Shown: in pieces, positions 15,192-31,187 of the stretch
How the letters are laid out: every line of letters begins with the position of its first letter
How positions within the stretch are numbered: position 1 is the stretch's first letter
Assembly: GCA_951406725.2 (NCBI GenBank)
Contig: OX597835.1
Coordinates: forward strand, 2,666,001-2,730,000
DNA from: Octopus vulgaris
Taxonomy: Eukaryota
Direction of reading: 5' to 3'
Length of the DNA: 64,000 bases
The notes under the pieces: model-generated
Database searches by the model: none
Told to the model about the DNA's origin: nothing
Seen by the model: the letters and a program-made list of their open reading frames with translations, nothing else
Program-made: the position numbers and the translations under genes

Positions 15192-15383
15192 AATATGATT
15201 CATATATACACACGCATACACGCATACACGCATATATGTATCTCTCATCTTTTACTCGTTTCAGGTACATTATCAAGCGACCACGCTGGAGTATCGGCTT
15301 GGAATTTTTAGTCGAAGAATCGACCCAAGTAAATACAACTACACCGGTTGTCAGGCAGTGGTGGGGCCCATCCTTGAACAAAA

Positions 15384-15459
<76 letters not shown>

Positions 15460-15645
15460 ATATATATATATATAGAGAGAGAAGGGGGCTTGTTTCAGTT
15501 TCCATCTACCAAAACTACACATAGGGATTTGGTCGGCCCGAGCCTCTAGTTGAATACACTTGCCCAAGCTGCCGCCATGCAGTGGGACTGTAATTAGAGT
15601 GCTCTGACTGCGAAGCGAACTCCTTAACAAACTCCCACGCCTACC
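14670..15645 (-). mobile_element. Two diverged SINE family A copies (about 14670-15158 and 15248-15645)
   Basis: Family A head and tail motifs on the minus strand, interrupted by (CA)n. Confidence 0.7.
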
Positions 15646-16073
15646 GACAAACACACACTCGACGCACAACGCATCTATTCGATTCGCTTCCTTCATTTCT
15701 ACTTTATTCTGCCAATCTCTTCACGCCTCTCTCTTTCTCTCACACATTCAATACAACTTTCTCTTTTCCCAAGTTTCTCTCTCTTCTTCTTCCAATCTCA
15801 GTGTCTTAGGTCACCTGTTTCCCTCAATAACCTTACTTAAGTTTCTCAAAATCCAGTCACTTCGCTATCAAAGGTAGGTTTGCAAGCATAAGAATATTTT
15901 GGCCATTAGTGTGTTTTGCCATTCATTTCCATTTTCTCTCTTTCAGATCAACTAAATCTTTCGTCTTCTGCCATTATATTGTATTGAGATTTTTATTACA
16001 TATCCGCACGGGCAAATGTTATAAAATGTGAATCTACCTATATACATATAATACAGTCTGTATGTGCGTGTGC

Positions 16074-16127
<54 letters not shown>

Positions 16128-16264
16128 GTGTGTGTGTTTGTGTGCAAGTGCATGCATCTGCATAACAAGAGCTCCAGAGTGCATTACAAGAAGCAGATGG
16201 TTCTTTCATGTATAACGAGTGAAGGCATTATGTAAATAACGACATAAGCGTAATTGATGGTAAC

Positions 16265-16338
<74 letters not shown>

Positions 16339-16495
16339 ATATATACATATGTTTATCTATGTATATGTATGTATATGTATGTATATGTACCTATTTATAT
16401 ATATATATATGTATGTATATATATATGTATATATATATATTCGTATGTATATATATATATGTATGAACATACATACATATATATACATGTAAATA

Positions 16496-17356
16496 CAGAG
16501 TGAGCTGGTTAAACTTGACATTTTGTCTCCTCTTTTGAGAAAAAAGCATGATGTGTTGGTAAACAGTTAACTGCATTGGAGAGCACGAAAGATGAAAGTT
16601 GTAGTTGAGTGAAAGTTCGCTGATGTGAAGGAGCAAATGCCATTTGTATGTTGGAGAAAGTGCTACCTGTATCATAATGATTCGAGCCGGATATCAAAAT
16701 GCCGACATCACAACTATCCTTCAATGCTTTGTGAACATTGTAAACGAATCATAACACGTACAGCAGTTACAGCTGAATCTAGGAAGCTATGAGCGACACG
16801 AAGTGACACAGTAAGCGTTCTAACAGCGTCTGCACGCCATAGTTCACCCCACACCTTCGAAGAGAGCTTTAAGCTCAATTCAGATGGCTATGTGAAGCTA
16901 CTACGGGCTGCGGTCGATCCCTGGCTGAAGAAGATCTGCTACTTGAATTCCAATTGTTTTTTCTTTTGCAGCAACAGCAACAGGATTCAGTTTCTTGCCA
17001 TACATTCGTAAAAGATCAGTAACGGTTGTCGGAAAATTTTTTAGTATTTTACTAGCCAAAATTTCTGGCCCCTAATTCCCCTTCGATTGCAATCCCATGG
17101 ATTATTACGTGGGGAAAAGACACCAGTGGCTGTGCGTGCAACACTTAGGCCAAGCTTGTGCCCAAGATCAACGAGGTATTCGAATATCTCTTGTGCCAAG
17201 TTCCGGATCCATGTGGAGGTTTTGGTCGATGTTGGAGGTGACTACTTTGATTAATCTCTTATCATCCAGCCATAATCCATTTGATATTTTTTTTGTCTTT
17301 TTAAGCTCTTTTGCTTTTGGATGGAATATTATGTTTTGTTTACACCGAACACCTTG
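16496..17356 (+). mobile_element. Internally deleted Tc1/mariner-superfamily (maT/DD37D-like) transposon
   Basis: Ends TA|CAGAGTG ... CACCTTG|TA. Remnant motifs QQDSVSCHT and FWPPNSP..NPMDYYV. Confidence 0.7.
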
Positions 17357-17609
17357 TATATATATATAAGTATATATATATACACATATTTAGATAAACA
17401 TATGGATAAATACAAACACAAACACACGCACAATATCATACCGTATAAAACAATGAACTTTTTTGAATTTAATATTGGGTAAATTTAGTCCGAGTGAAAG
17501 GAATAGTAAGAGAGTGGGAAAATGAGAGAGAAAGGAGAGAGAAACAAAGAGGGAGAATGTGGCGATAAGAAACAGAAAGGAAGTAACAGAAAGTAACAAC
17601 CACACCCTC

Positions 17610-17639
17610 ACCCGCGCGTAGAGCGGGTCACCTTAGCTA

Positions 17640-17641
<2 letters not shown>
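17610..17641 (+). mobile_element. Helitron 3' terminus
   Basis: GC-rich hairpin ACCCGC-GCGTAGA-GCGGGT, then an 8-nt spacer, then CTAG|T. Confidence 0.6.
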
Positions 17642-17700
<59 letters not shown>

Positions 17701-18519
17701 GTTATCTGCCTCCGTATGATCACCTCTCTCTCTTTATCCTCCTTCTCTCTCCACCTGTTATTCTTTGTATATTTATATAATCATAAAACTATTAGCATAC
17801 GTTGTATTTCGCTATATTCTAATTGACCAGCAAAATTCTTGGAAAACAAGAATCCACTTCTCTCTCTGAAATTCATTGGACTTTCTTTGTTACACTGAAA
17901 CAATATTAATTTCTCTGAAGATCAAAGCCAGGTACTTTGTCAGCGAATAATTTAGATGTCACCTTTTGCGACGTCGCTGGCAGTGCTGCCATTGTGCTTT
18001 GTCTTCTGTTGAATCTTTTATGTTCTCTTAGTAACGAAACAAATATTTACGTCAAGAACAAGAGAGAAATCAACAATGGAAATGAATAAGAAAAAGGAGA
18101 CACGGAGTGAATTGGACATTTCTAATTGACAATGGCAAGAGCTGAACGAGAAGTGAAACAAAACAAAAACAATGTGAAATTTATTGACGTGTTGAATGAA
18201 TCTGTCACCGATGTTTTGTTCTCTTCCGACGGTACCACAACCACCAACACCACCAACACCACCAACACCGCAGCCGCCACCGCATCCTCCCTCTTCTTCT
18301 GGTTGTTGTCATCACTGTCATTATTGTCAAATGTCATCATCAAAAGCATAATCACCATCATCATCATCATCATTATCACGATAACCACCACCACCACCAC
18401 CTCCATCTTCAACTTCCTCCTCACATTACTGCGACTGTCACCATTGTTGTCACCGTGCCATCATTCTGTCGCTATCGTCGTCCACATCTTCTTACTCCTC
18501 TTTTTCTACCTCTCCTTCT

Positions 18520-19240
18520 CTCCTCCTTTTCTAAATCCTCTTCCTCCTCCTCCTCCACCTCGCCTCCAACTCGCTTCAACCTCCTCCCCTCCTCCCCTCC
18601 TCCCCTGCCCTCCCCTCCACCTCCCCTCCTCCTCCCCTCCCCTCCCCCCTTCCTCCTCCTCCATCCACCTTCCTCCCCTACGTGGTCGTCCATTACCTCC
18701 ACCCACCACCACCACTACCTCCTCCTCCAGCTCTTCATTCCCTCCCTTCTTCCTCTTCCACTTCCTCCACTTTGTCATCCCTTCTATATCCTCTTCATTC
18801 TCCCCTTCTTCATCCACCTTTTCTTCATCCTCTCTCCATCCTCTTTTCCTCCACTTCTTCATCCACCTCTTTCTCATCTACCTCCTCTTCACCTTCCCCT
18901 TCTTCATCCTCTTTTTCTTTATCTGCCTCTTCTTTCAACTCCTTTTCCTTCTCCCTTCAACCTGCTCTCCCTTCATCCTCCTCTTCTCCATCCTCTTCTC
19001 CAACCTCCTCTTCATCCTCCTCTTCTCCATCCTCCTATTCATTCTCCTCCTCATCCTCTTCTCCATCCACTTCTTCATCATCTTCTTCCCCATCCTCTTC
19101 TTCCTATTCCTCCTCCACTTCACCTTCGTCACCCTCTTCATATTTCTCCCCTTCATCTCCCTCCTCTTCATCCTCCTCCTCTTCATCATCCTGCTCTTCT
19201 TCTTCCCCCCATTCCCTGCTCTTTCTTCCCCTCTTCAATC
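18520..19240. repeat. Polypyrimidine low-complexity tract (CCT/CTT-rich)
   Basis: Read directly. Confidence 0.9.
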
Positions 19241-19339
19241 CTGCCGTGGTCGTACCGTTGTCGTGGTCATTCTCCCTTTTCTCCTGCTCCTGTTCATCTC
19301 GCGGAGGCTATTACTCCATTCCAAAATGATAAACGCCAA

Positions 19340-19720
19340 AATCTTTATCCTCACCGTCCTCCTTCCCGAATGTGATGGGCGGAGCACCTACTTTTCTCTC
19401 CTACAGGGAACCACGGGGTATTTGGCGGCCAGAGCATCAGTCTTGAAGTGCCCTGAAATGTTTGCAAACTGCTTTAATCTCGAGATATGCTGAATACCGG
19501 GCATTATCTCTGTCAGTGTACCTTCCACATCTTCCTCACTAGCCGACTCCGGCTCCTTTGTTTTTATAGAAACACATTTATAAATATCTGGGGTATTTTT
19601 TATTTCTGTGTTTCTGCCAGCACCTCGGATGGATCTGTGGCAATGTCCGTCTGTGCTTTCTCAACCCTTATCCGTCTGGCCACTTGGGCCAGACATATTC
19701 TTCTGCAGTATGTCCATCCT
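19340..19720 (-). mobile_element. Possible LINE ORF1 remnant (L1/Tx1-like)
   Basis: Broken frame ...LTEIMPGIQHISRLKQF...PITFGRRTVRIKI. Resemblance only. Confidence 0.3.
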
Positions 19721-19899
19721 TTATAGCTTTTCGTCCGTCGCAGCTATTGTTGCTGCTATTGTAGTTATTGTTGTCGTTCTTGGTCACCCGGGAAATATTG
19801 TTGCTGTTTAAGTTGTCAAGGCTACTATTGGTTTCTGCTTTTATCTTTATCATAATTATTGTTGCTTTAAGTGGGAGATATAATTTTTGTGCAACTTTA

Positions 19900-20855
19900 A
19901 GAAGGTTAACCAATGAAGACTAAATCAAGAGACAAAAAAAATCAAGAATGTATTGAGACACATTGAAACAAAGAACATCACAAACAAATAAACTCATCAA
20001 GGCTTCAAGTAGGATTGTGGAAGAAAGGATGGGATTGTGAACTATTAAGAACAGAACATCGACGGATAGAAGAGGAAATAAACAACCTTGGTGGAAAAGG
20101 AGATTTTCAGAAGATATAAACTCCCCGAACAGTGAAGTGTCAATACTTGTCTGGAAAAGGAGGATTGATGAATGATCAAAAGTTGAAGAAATTTGGTATA
20201 GATGCAAAAGGTTTGACTTTTGTAATTGAAGGACTGAAGTAGCGAATTCTTGTCAAAAAAAGTGAATGTAAATAGGTTTGAACAACGGATTAAACAATAT
20301 CGACAAAACCAATTGTTTAAAATCGACGAAAAAGGATTTCATTCAAGAAATTACTGATATAGAATGTGAAACATTAGGTCCTGATGTTGATGAAAGTCGA
20401 CAGTTTTGGGGTAAGATATGAAGTAAGCAAGGACAACGTAATACTGCAGCTGAACGGCTCTTGCAGCCTGGAGCAAAGTGTTTCTCATCCCCAGCAAGAG
20501 GCTATCCACTTCACCAAAGAAAGTCTCAGAAATTGGAGTAAAAAGATAAACAATTGGAAAGCAGCAGGACGTGATAGTATACAGAGGTTTTGATAGGTGC
20601 CATGAATTGAATGCAGAGCAAATCAATTCATTGATCGATGGAGAAGAAATCCCGGCTTGGTTGACAGAAGGACGAACAGTGTTGTGTCTGAAAGATTAAG
20701 GGAAATGCTGCCGGCAATTACAGGCCAATTTCTTATCTTCTATCTGCCAGGAGGAATTGCAGAAGAACGGTATAAATTTCTTGAGGAGAACGATGTGTTA
20801 CCGGCGGGCAAAACGGTTGGAGGAGATGCAAAGGCACCAAAGATCAATTATTGAT
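19900..20855 (+). mobile_element. Decayed Dong/R4-clade non-LTR retrotransposon (pre-RT and RT N-terminus)
   Basis: KQPWWKRR, FEQRIKQYRQNQLFKIDEKGF, KKINNWKAAGRD and GNAAGNYRPISYL, separated by stops and frameshifts. Confidence 0.75.
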
Positions 20856-20939
20856 TATTTGAACTCAGAACATAATGTCTTATAAAATGCAACAAAACAT
20901 TTCGGCCAGAGTGCTAATAATTCTATCAGCTTGTCGCCT

Positions 20940-21475
<536 letters not shown>

Positions 21476-22109
21476 CAGCAATAGCAATTGTATTAGCTCT
21501 ATTAATTATAGCAACGAAAAGAATGATGAGCGCGTGCTTATTCCCTTTAATTGTAAGGTTCGTCATATTTACGTTAATAATAATGGAAATATCAATAACC
21601 ATTCCATGAATTGCAGCATCTTTATTATTGATAATAGAATGAGCAATATCAACCTAAATAGGAATAATAGGCGATGATTGACAATGAGTGTAATTTAATT
21701 GGTGAGAGTTGAAGGGAAGCACAAGTCGAGATGGGGGCAGGCAGTAAGTGTTGAGGGACAAATATTTATTCTGCTGGAAGGTCATTGAGAGTGACAATTG
21801 GAAATATTCAAATTATCATTAAGGATAATCCCATGAATGTTGTTCAGTAAATTAGTTGATATGTTGCGTGTAGTTGTGTTGGCAAACTTTGAGCATAGAG
21901 CTCGAGATGTAATTTCTCGTCCTGGAGAAAGCAATAGCAAGTACAGTTTGGTTATAATAAGGTGTGTGGTTAATGAAAATACTTTCGTAAGCGGAGGTGT
22001 TAGAAATCCTGATGGAAATGCTAGTCTTAGTGTATTCAAAATAGCCCTAGGGTGGTTAAATTTGACATTAATATATTTGAGCTAATGGGTATGTAGCCCT
22101 AATGATAAG

Positions 22110-22500
22110 TCGACGTCGGTGGAATTTGAACTCAGAACGTAGAGAAAGCAATGAAAAATCGCTAAGCATTTTATCCGGCGTGTTAAAGATTATATCTTTC
22201 TACTATAGGCACGATGCTTGAAATTTAGAAGGGGCTAGTCGAATACATCGACCTCAGTAGTCAACTGGTACTTACTTTATCGTCGCCAAAATGATAGAAA
22301 GTAAAGTCAACCTCGGCAACATTTCTGTTATATGGCCACCGCCTGAAAGGAGGTTACCGATTACATCAGACCCAGTTTTCAACTGATGCAGCCCGAAAAT
22401 TATGAATGCAAAGTCGACCTCGGCAGAATTTGAACTCAGAACGTAAAGACAGACGAAAGTGCCGCTAAGAATTTTGTCCGTTGTGGTAACGATTCAGCCA
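22110..22500 (-). mobile_element. Cluster of SINE family B fragments
   Basis: Repeated AAAGTCGACCTCGG...ATTTGAACTCAGAACGTA motifs. Confidence 0.7.
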
Positions 22501-24353
22501 AATCTCTGTCATAATAATAGAGAATAATAGAGAAACGTTTCAAGTTTTGATAGCGTCTTGTAATATTTATTTCATGAAGGTTTAAAAGGAAACCTCAGAA
22601 GTAAACAAATTGATTTTCAGAAGCAGATGCTATGAAAAAGACATTCAGTGCGCTTTTATGGCCTCTTAGTGAAATATAGGGAAATGAGTAAGTTTTGTTG
22701 GCGTTGCCGAAATAGAAGCTAGATAGTATTTTTAATAAGTTCACTAGGTGTCAAGAAGGAGGAAGCAAATTCAATGGTTTCTCTTTCATGAATACGACAG
22801 AGACGAATACTTAAGGTTATCAATATCCGGACTTATGCATGGTTGAATTGTTTAGAAGTTCGTTTTGCAACGTTGAGATTTCGAAAGCTGATGGTTCTCG
22901 GATACAACAACCTTCTGTGTTGTATCTTAGAGAAGTATAATTTATACATGCCTCGGGCCGACTCCAATCTTCTGAGTCAAACATGGGGCAGACGATATAT
23001 TTTAGGAAGCCTATTTTGATGGAGTGTACTTATAATCTAAAGTTTCATCCCCAACCATTTTTCACACTCCGTATCACGTTAATTGTAGGAGAGAATTACG
23101 TTAAGGGCAACCGCTTCTTTGGAGTAAATGGGACCAGAAGAAAAAGTCCAAATTCACTACTTCTACCTTCGAAACTTGCTACTACACTCTGCAACCTGCG
23201 GCGAGATATCTTACAGCTTCTTTCATTGACATTCGGACATTCTGGATTATAAAGTTCTTCCATAGAATACATATTTGCATTATATTTACCTCTACAACGT
23301 TTTGATATGTTTGATCTCCGGAGATTATCATTATCAGGTGGTGAGTTTTATTAATAGAAGCGTATACGACACAAGTCTAAATTCAAACTAGGAGCATTTA
23401 TATCTAAACAGAATGTTTCCTAAACATTTAAAAATAATTTGCCGAACGTCCACGTAAAATATATTTGATACTTAGTAGCGTGTGAAACAAGTGTTTCTTA
23501 ACCATTCTTTTAAAATTTGCCGAACGTCTGCTTAAAATATTTCTGGTACGTATCAACGTCCACAACTCAAAGTTCACACATATTCCACTGTTCCCTTTAT
23601 AGCACTTATCGCTCCTTAGTGGGTAGTATTTAATTCACTAGGAACCGTTGCTCGAATCATCTAAACCACGAACTTCCCAGCTCGAAGCCAGACATTTACC
23701 ATGTACATACTCACAAATAAATCAGCTGGAGATCGAAGTAATCGAAAACTAATCGTAATATAATTATCGGAAATATACACTCAAATGCCGGCCTAAATAA
23801 TGGCAAGCGCAGAAAAAACAGTTGTCGTGTATGAAGGACAGAAATGTCGAATCAGTTCTTTCTTTTTTTCCTACTCAAGGCAAGAGGTTGGTAGCGAGGT
23901 TTGGTTGGTAGTTATCGTTTGTCGATTGTTGATGCTAGGAATATTAATGGAAGCTATCTCACAGCTTGGAAGGGACAGTGAAAGCGAAATCGAGCGCAAC
24001 CCCTTTCCTACACATCAGTCCCATGGAACCCCCACCACTCAAAAAAAAAAAAAAGAAAAATTAATGACTAATGGGAAATTTTTTGATTATGTTTCCTCTA
24101 CATGTGTCTATCGCGTGATGTAATATCATCAAACATTCCGAAGAGAAAGAAATGTCACTGATTGGTAATGGATGAATAGGAATAGATATACGCGCGAGTG
24201 TGTTTGTGCGTGCGCACACACAAACACACATACATACATACATACATACATACATACATACATACATACATACACACACATACATATATACATACATATA
24301 TGCATACATATATATATATATATATATATGCATATATATATATATACATATGT

Positions 24354-24404
<51 letters not shown>

Positions 24405-24529
24405 TATATACGCACACGCACAGACACACACACTTACGCATATATATATATATATATAAATACGTATGTGTGTGTCTATATATATATATTTATATACACA
24501 CTCATTTATATACATAAATACATACATGC

Positions 24530-24619
<90 letters not shown>

Positions 24620-24689
24620 TACGTCAGCTTTTTGAGGACAATGTTTTTTCTGTCTTCATTTGAATATAAATAATATCAGACACCAGATT

Positions 24690-25110
24690 GATTCAGCAAA
24701 TGAAGAGTCACACTGCAATTGTTGCCTTAAAATCTCAGCGTAGCGATAAAGCGATCGCTTGCTTTCTGAACGTTGACCGATCCTTCGTTGTCAAAGTTCG
24801 AAAGGAGCTGGAAGGAACCGAAGGGTTTCCAACACAAACAGCTTAACATAAAATGCCTGTACAGAGTCTTTATACAATTAGAACACATAACTTTGAACAA
24901 AACCTCCAAGAAATAATCGATAAAAAACCCCCCCAGAAAGTCAATCGGAAGCATTGCAAAGGACCTCGTGGTTTCGGAATACGCCGTCAGAAGAGTTGTG
25001 CATTAAGGTATTCGGTCCAAGTACGCGATGAGCTTATGTTCGGTGCGACAAGAGAGAATCGTTGGAACCATGCCAAGCGCTCGCTAAGCAAGTTGAAACA
25101 CTATGAGGCC
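24690..25110 (+). mobile_element. maT/DD37D-like transposase N-terminal (HTH) remnant
   Basis: TAIVALKSQRSDKAIACFLNVDRSFVVKVRKELE...IRTHNFEQNLQEIIDK. Confidence 0.55.
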
Positions 25111-25159
25111 AGAATGCTTTGGTTGCTTTCTAGTTGTCAGGCGGTGGTTGGGGTAGATG

Positions 25160-26055
<896 letters not shown>

Positions 26056-26339
26056 AAGGGTGCGAACATTCATAAACATTTATGTACAACGGACTTCTTT
26101 CATTTTCCGTCTAGGAAATCTACTCACGCGACTTTGCTCGATCCGGGGATATATGTACGACATTTGCTCAAGTAGATACGCAGTGGGGCTGATCTCGAAC
26201 TCTTGTGGTTAGAAAGCAACAACCTTGTTACATCACAGCCATACCTGAGTGTGTATGTTTGTATGGATGTACGTACAAGTTGTGAGAGGTGTTTGATATC
26301 AATTTTAGAAATTTAATAAAGCAATTCCTAGCTAAAACC

Positions 26340-26790
26340 AAATGTATTGTAACAAAAGAAGTTGTGCCCATGATAGGCATTTTCATATTTATATTTGCAT
26401 TTTACATCTTCATTTTATATCTTCATAATTGTACTTTATAATCTCTGACGAGGCCTTGAGATATATTTATATAAGTAACTCATTTTTAACTGCATATTAC
26501 CTCAATACATCTGACTAATATAGGCAGAATGAGATACCTTTATCTACAGGCTGAAACAGCTGTAAGATCCATTTTATATGTATCATTTTTATGGTATTAT
26601 CTTACTTATTGATGTAGATTGTTTTATTCTGTTTTATTCTGTTGGATTTGGATGTTCCTATCTAATTAGTTAATAAATTATATGGATTGGTGTTATCTGT
26701 AAATTGATGATTGAAAGGAATCTATTCCTCCATTTTCTTATTTTGTATTATGAATTTGAGGTAAAACATTTTACCTTCGCCCATATAATA
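26340..26790 (+). mobile_element. Penelope-like element terminal repeat fragment
   Basis: Contains a type I hammerhead followed by a T-rich tail. Boundaries are approximate. Confidence 0.5.
26441..26568 (+). ncRNA. Type I hammerhead ribozyme with long loop II
   Basis: ATCT-CTGACGA-GGCCT-[about 90 nt]-AGGCT-GAAA-CAGCTG-TA|AGAT. Confidence 0.7.
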
Positions 26791-26920
26791 CAATAAATGA
26801 ACTAATTGCATTGCAATTGTAAGCATTTATGTATTAGCCTTTTGGGTACTTCACTGGCAGTATATTGGATAAATGATAACCCATAGTGGGTTACACTCAT
26901 AACCCCTATCTCACTTTGTA

Positions 26921-26988
<68 letters not shown>

Positions 26989-26996
26989 GTGTGTGT

Positions 26997-27056
<60 letters not shown>

Positions 27057-27704
27057 AAATAAATGGAGTTTAACGCAGGTATAAGTCAAATACTTTTACT
27101 TCCGACACATTTTTCGAAGATTTCACTGATATTATTCAAAAGAATAAAAGGTGTAAAGCAATGTAATCTTCTCTTCAGGGAAGTGAAGAAATGAAACTCG
27201 CCAATAAGACATTTTAACAGAAAATGATGGATGGATATGTATGGTGATTTACTGAACGCTATTAATATTGTTTGAAAAAACGTTATAGGATATAACATCA
27301 GAAGTAGCCTATAGAAAGAGGAGGGATAGTTTTTTTTGTGAATGTTAATGTTATCTATTTTTTCCGTGTTAATTGTTAACAAGGGAAATATACACTCATC
27401 TCTCATCGCAGTGGGATTGAACCAGAAACGATGTGGCTGCAAAGCACATTTATAACCATACAGCTATGCATGCGCATAGAAATGTATGCATATAAATAAA
27501 GTTCTTATATATGTAGATATACATAAACATGTGTGTGTGAGTGTGTGTGAGACCGTGTTAGGGTGTGTATGCATATCCCTGTCTGTGTGTTTGTGTATAA
27601 ACTGCATATCGTATATAATATATAAGAATAATTGAAGCAGCGAAAGCAGGCAATATATCAAACGTTTAAATAGCTAAAGGAGAAGAAACGGTTGGCCACT
27701 AATA

Positions 27705-27790
<86 letters not shown>

Positions 27791-27989
27791 GGTGTTGAGT
27801 TTGCTGAGATCAATAACAAGGTGGCTTCCTTCACACATGCAACAAAACGATGAAAAATTGAATAAACCAGCATGACGGAATCCGATGGAGATGAAGAGAG
27901 AAAAATGAGGAAAAGATTCCATAATTAAGAAAAATGATGCTACATATTAATACATTTTTACTCCGTGGAAATGTATATTATGGCTGGTA

Positions 27990-28078
<89 letters not shown>

Positions 28079-28222
28079 GCTGTCTGTTTATCTGTCTGTC
28101 TATATATACATATATATAAATATACTTATATATATATACGTAATACATATATATACATATACATAAATATACATGCATATATATACCTATATATACTTAC
28201 ATATATACATATATATATATAC

Positions 28223-28280
<58 letters not shown>

Positions 28281-28306
28281 ACATATGTATATATATATAT
28301 ATATAT

Positions 28307-28343
<37 letters not shown>

Positions 28344-28689
28344 GCGAATTACCAGTCTCTTTTCCTATGCATGTATATATATGTCAGTTATATGTATATA
28401 TATACGTGTATTTATGTATGTATCTATATATCCATGTTTCTACGTACATGCACTTTTGAATTCCTTATTAATGCTGCCGGATGTGGATAAATTAGTATCT
28501 ATACAAAATTGGGAAGATATATATATATATATTATAGGTATACACACACACGCGCGCGCATATATATATATTCACGCACATAAACATAACGCATGAGGAA
28601 GAGATGGTAGGGTGCGGGGTCAATCGATTTTTACAACGTGAGTAACCCTACCTACCTATTGGACTGCCATTTATTATTTGCGCATTTAA

Positions 28690-28822
28690 TTTATATCCTG
28701 ATACACCAATATAAAGACATATGTACTAAGCACACATCCATTCCCACAAACATGCACCACATGCAATCCATAAAAGAGAGTTGTTTTGGCATCCTGGAAT
28801 CCTTCATTCTGACCAGATGACC
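28690..28822 (-). mobile_element. RTE-clade LINE RT C-terminal fragment
   Basis: GHLVRMKDSRMPKQL matches the RTE 'GHVxRMxDxRxPKQL' motif. Confidence 0.7.
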
Positions 28823-29604
28823 ACATACATACATACATACATACATACATACATACATACATACACACATACATACATACATACATACACACATACATAC
28901 ATACATACATACATACATACATACATACATACATACATACATACGTACGTACATACATACATTCATACATACATACATACATACGTACGTACGTACGTAC
29001 GTACATACATACATACATACATACACACATACATACATACATACGTACATACATACATACATACATATATACATACATACATACGTACGTACATACATAC
29101 ATACATACATACATACATACATACATACATACACACATACATACATACATACGTACATACATATATACATACACACATACATACATACATACGTACATAC
29201 ATATATACATACATACATACATACATATATACATACATACATACATACATACATACATACATACATACATACATACATACATACATACATACATACACAC
29301 ATACACACATACATACATACATACGTACATACATACATACATACATACATACATACATACATACATACATACATACATACATACATACATACACACATAC
29401 ATACATACATACGTACATACATATATACATACACACATACATACATACATACGTACATACATATATACATACACACATACATACATACATACACACATAC
29501 ATACATACACACATACATACATACATACACACATACATACATACATATATACATACATACATACATATATACATACATACATACTTACATACATACATAC
29601 ATAC

Positions 29605-29635
<31 letters not shown>

Positions 29636-29685
29636 CATACACACATACATACACACATACATACATACATACATACATACATACA

Positions 29686-29715
<30 letters not shown>
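28823..29715. repeat. About 890-bp (CATA)n tetranucleotide array
   Basis: Read directly. Confidence 0.95.
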
Positions 29716-29716
<1 letters not shown>

Positions 29717-30083
29717 GACTCCATCGGTGACGAATGACCATGGATTCACCTAAGAGGTTCCCCTCCGGGGTTCAAATCTGGATGGAAAGTCGCCCCACCG
29801 GCTAACGTACAACCTAAGGGTTGCTTTTATGGAGGGCCAGCAGACGCCCATGCATACCAGCATTCTCCTCTCCATGCCACCGATGTTATCCAAGGGGAAG
29901 GCAGAGGACCGTACATCTTGGCACCAGTGATGTGACAAATCATTTCTGTAGCTGAGTGAACTGGAGCGACGTGAAATCAAGTGTCTTGCTCAAGAACAAA
30001 CGCGCAGCCCGATCCGCGAATCGAACTTGCAACCTCACAATCGTAAGCTCCACGCTCTAACTACTGACCCATGTACCTTCACA
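29717..30083 (-). mobile_element. SINE family C
   Basis: Colinear paralogue of 1237-1578. Confidence 0.8.
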
Positions 30084-31089
30084 CACACACACACACACAC
30101 ATACACACACACATATCTGTGTGTGTGTGTGTTTTACATCTTTCTCTCCTTCCTCTGGGGAGTAGGGTCTCGGTTCATTTAGCCTCTCCCAGTTGCTCCT
30201 CTTTAGCCCCACAGCGATTTCCTTAACATAATAGCGTTGTATTGTCTTGTGTTCTGCTTTCAATTTGACGCTTTCTGGTGATCATAACTCGTAGCTGTAT
30301 TCCAGGCGAGTGGGTATGGATGTTTTTCAAGGGTGTAAAACGGTTTCGTTCTGCCATGTTTTTAAATGGTCTCAGAATTCAACCCGTCATTTTATCTTAC
30401 ATTGTCGCTGTTAGCAATATACACTCGGAGAGGTACATCACCACTCGTACAAGAATAGATACACACACACACACATATATATATATATATGTATGAAAAG
30501 GGCACTGGAAGCACCTACCTGCTACAACGTGCAGTTAAAACTCCCAGATAAATTACCAATAACACTGAAACAAACACAACTGAACGCAACAGTATTCGGA
30601 CGAACGGGTCAAGAATTTAGACATACCATCACAGCTAAATGCTATATTGTCTGGCATTTGGATACTCTTGTATCGTGAGTTCGACTTCTGGCGAAAAAAA
30701 CCTTAAATCTCGCTTAACTCTAGCTTTTCCCCTTTACGTGTTAATCCCAAATCCCACGAAAGTAGACTTTGCTGTCCTCCATTCTGTATGAACAAGGTGG
30801 GATACTTTGCTATCATCACCAACTTTTTGCAGATATCTGATGGGTAACATAAACAAGTTGGACAAATTCGAACTAAATGAAAGAGATGATAGATTGACAC
30901 AATCGATAAAGTGGCAGACGAGATTTGACGTATTTAATTCAAAACAATGGGAATAAATACGCATTATATTCGACGAAATAACCAGAATGCTGGTGGGTTA
31001 AAGAAGCAGAACGTATGTATTTTTTTGTCAGTCCTTAATTAGAGAGTATGATGACAATAATGAAAGAAACAAAGATCTCCTTTCTCCAG

Positions 31090-31187
31090 GAAAGTAGAGA
31101 ACTCGTTGAGAGCTGAGGTGTCAGCCGCCATTTAGATCTAATCTTTGTTGTAAAGCAGACATGAATGGAAACAATGGAAAAGCGAAA
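31090..31187 (+). other. Candidate exon (possible start MNGNNGKAK)
   Basis: Acceptor CTCCTTTCTCCAG|G, donor AAA|GTGAGT, ATG at 31161, in unique sequence. No partner exon found. Confidence 0.25.

Noticed and set aside
18126-19493. 455-aa ORF, the longest in the track
   Set aside because: It is open only because a pyrimidine-rich low-complexity tract lacks stop codons. No domain motif, and overlapping frames are also open.
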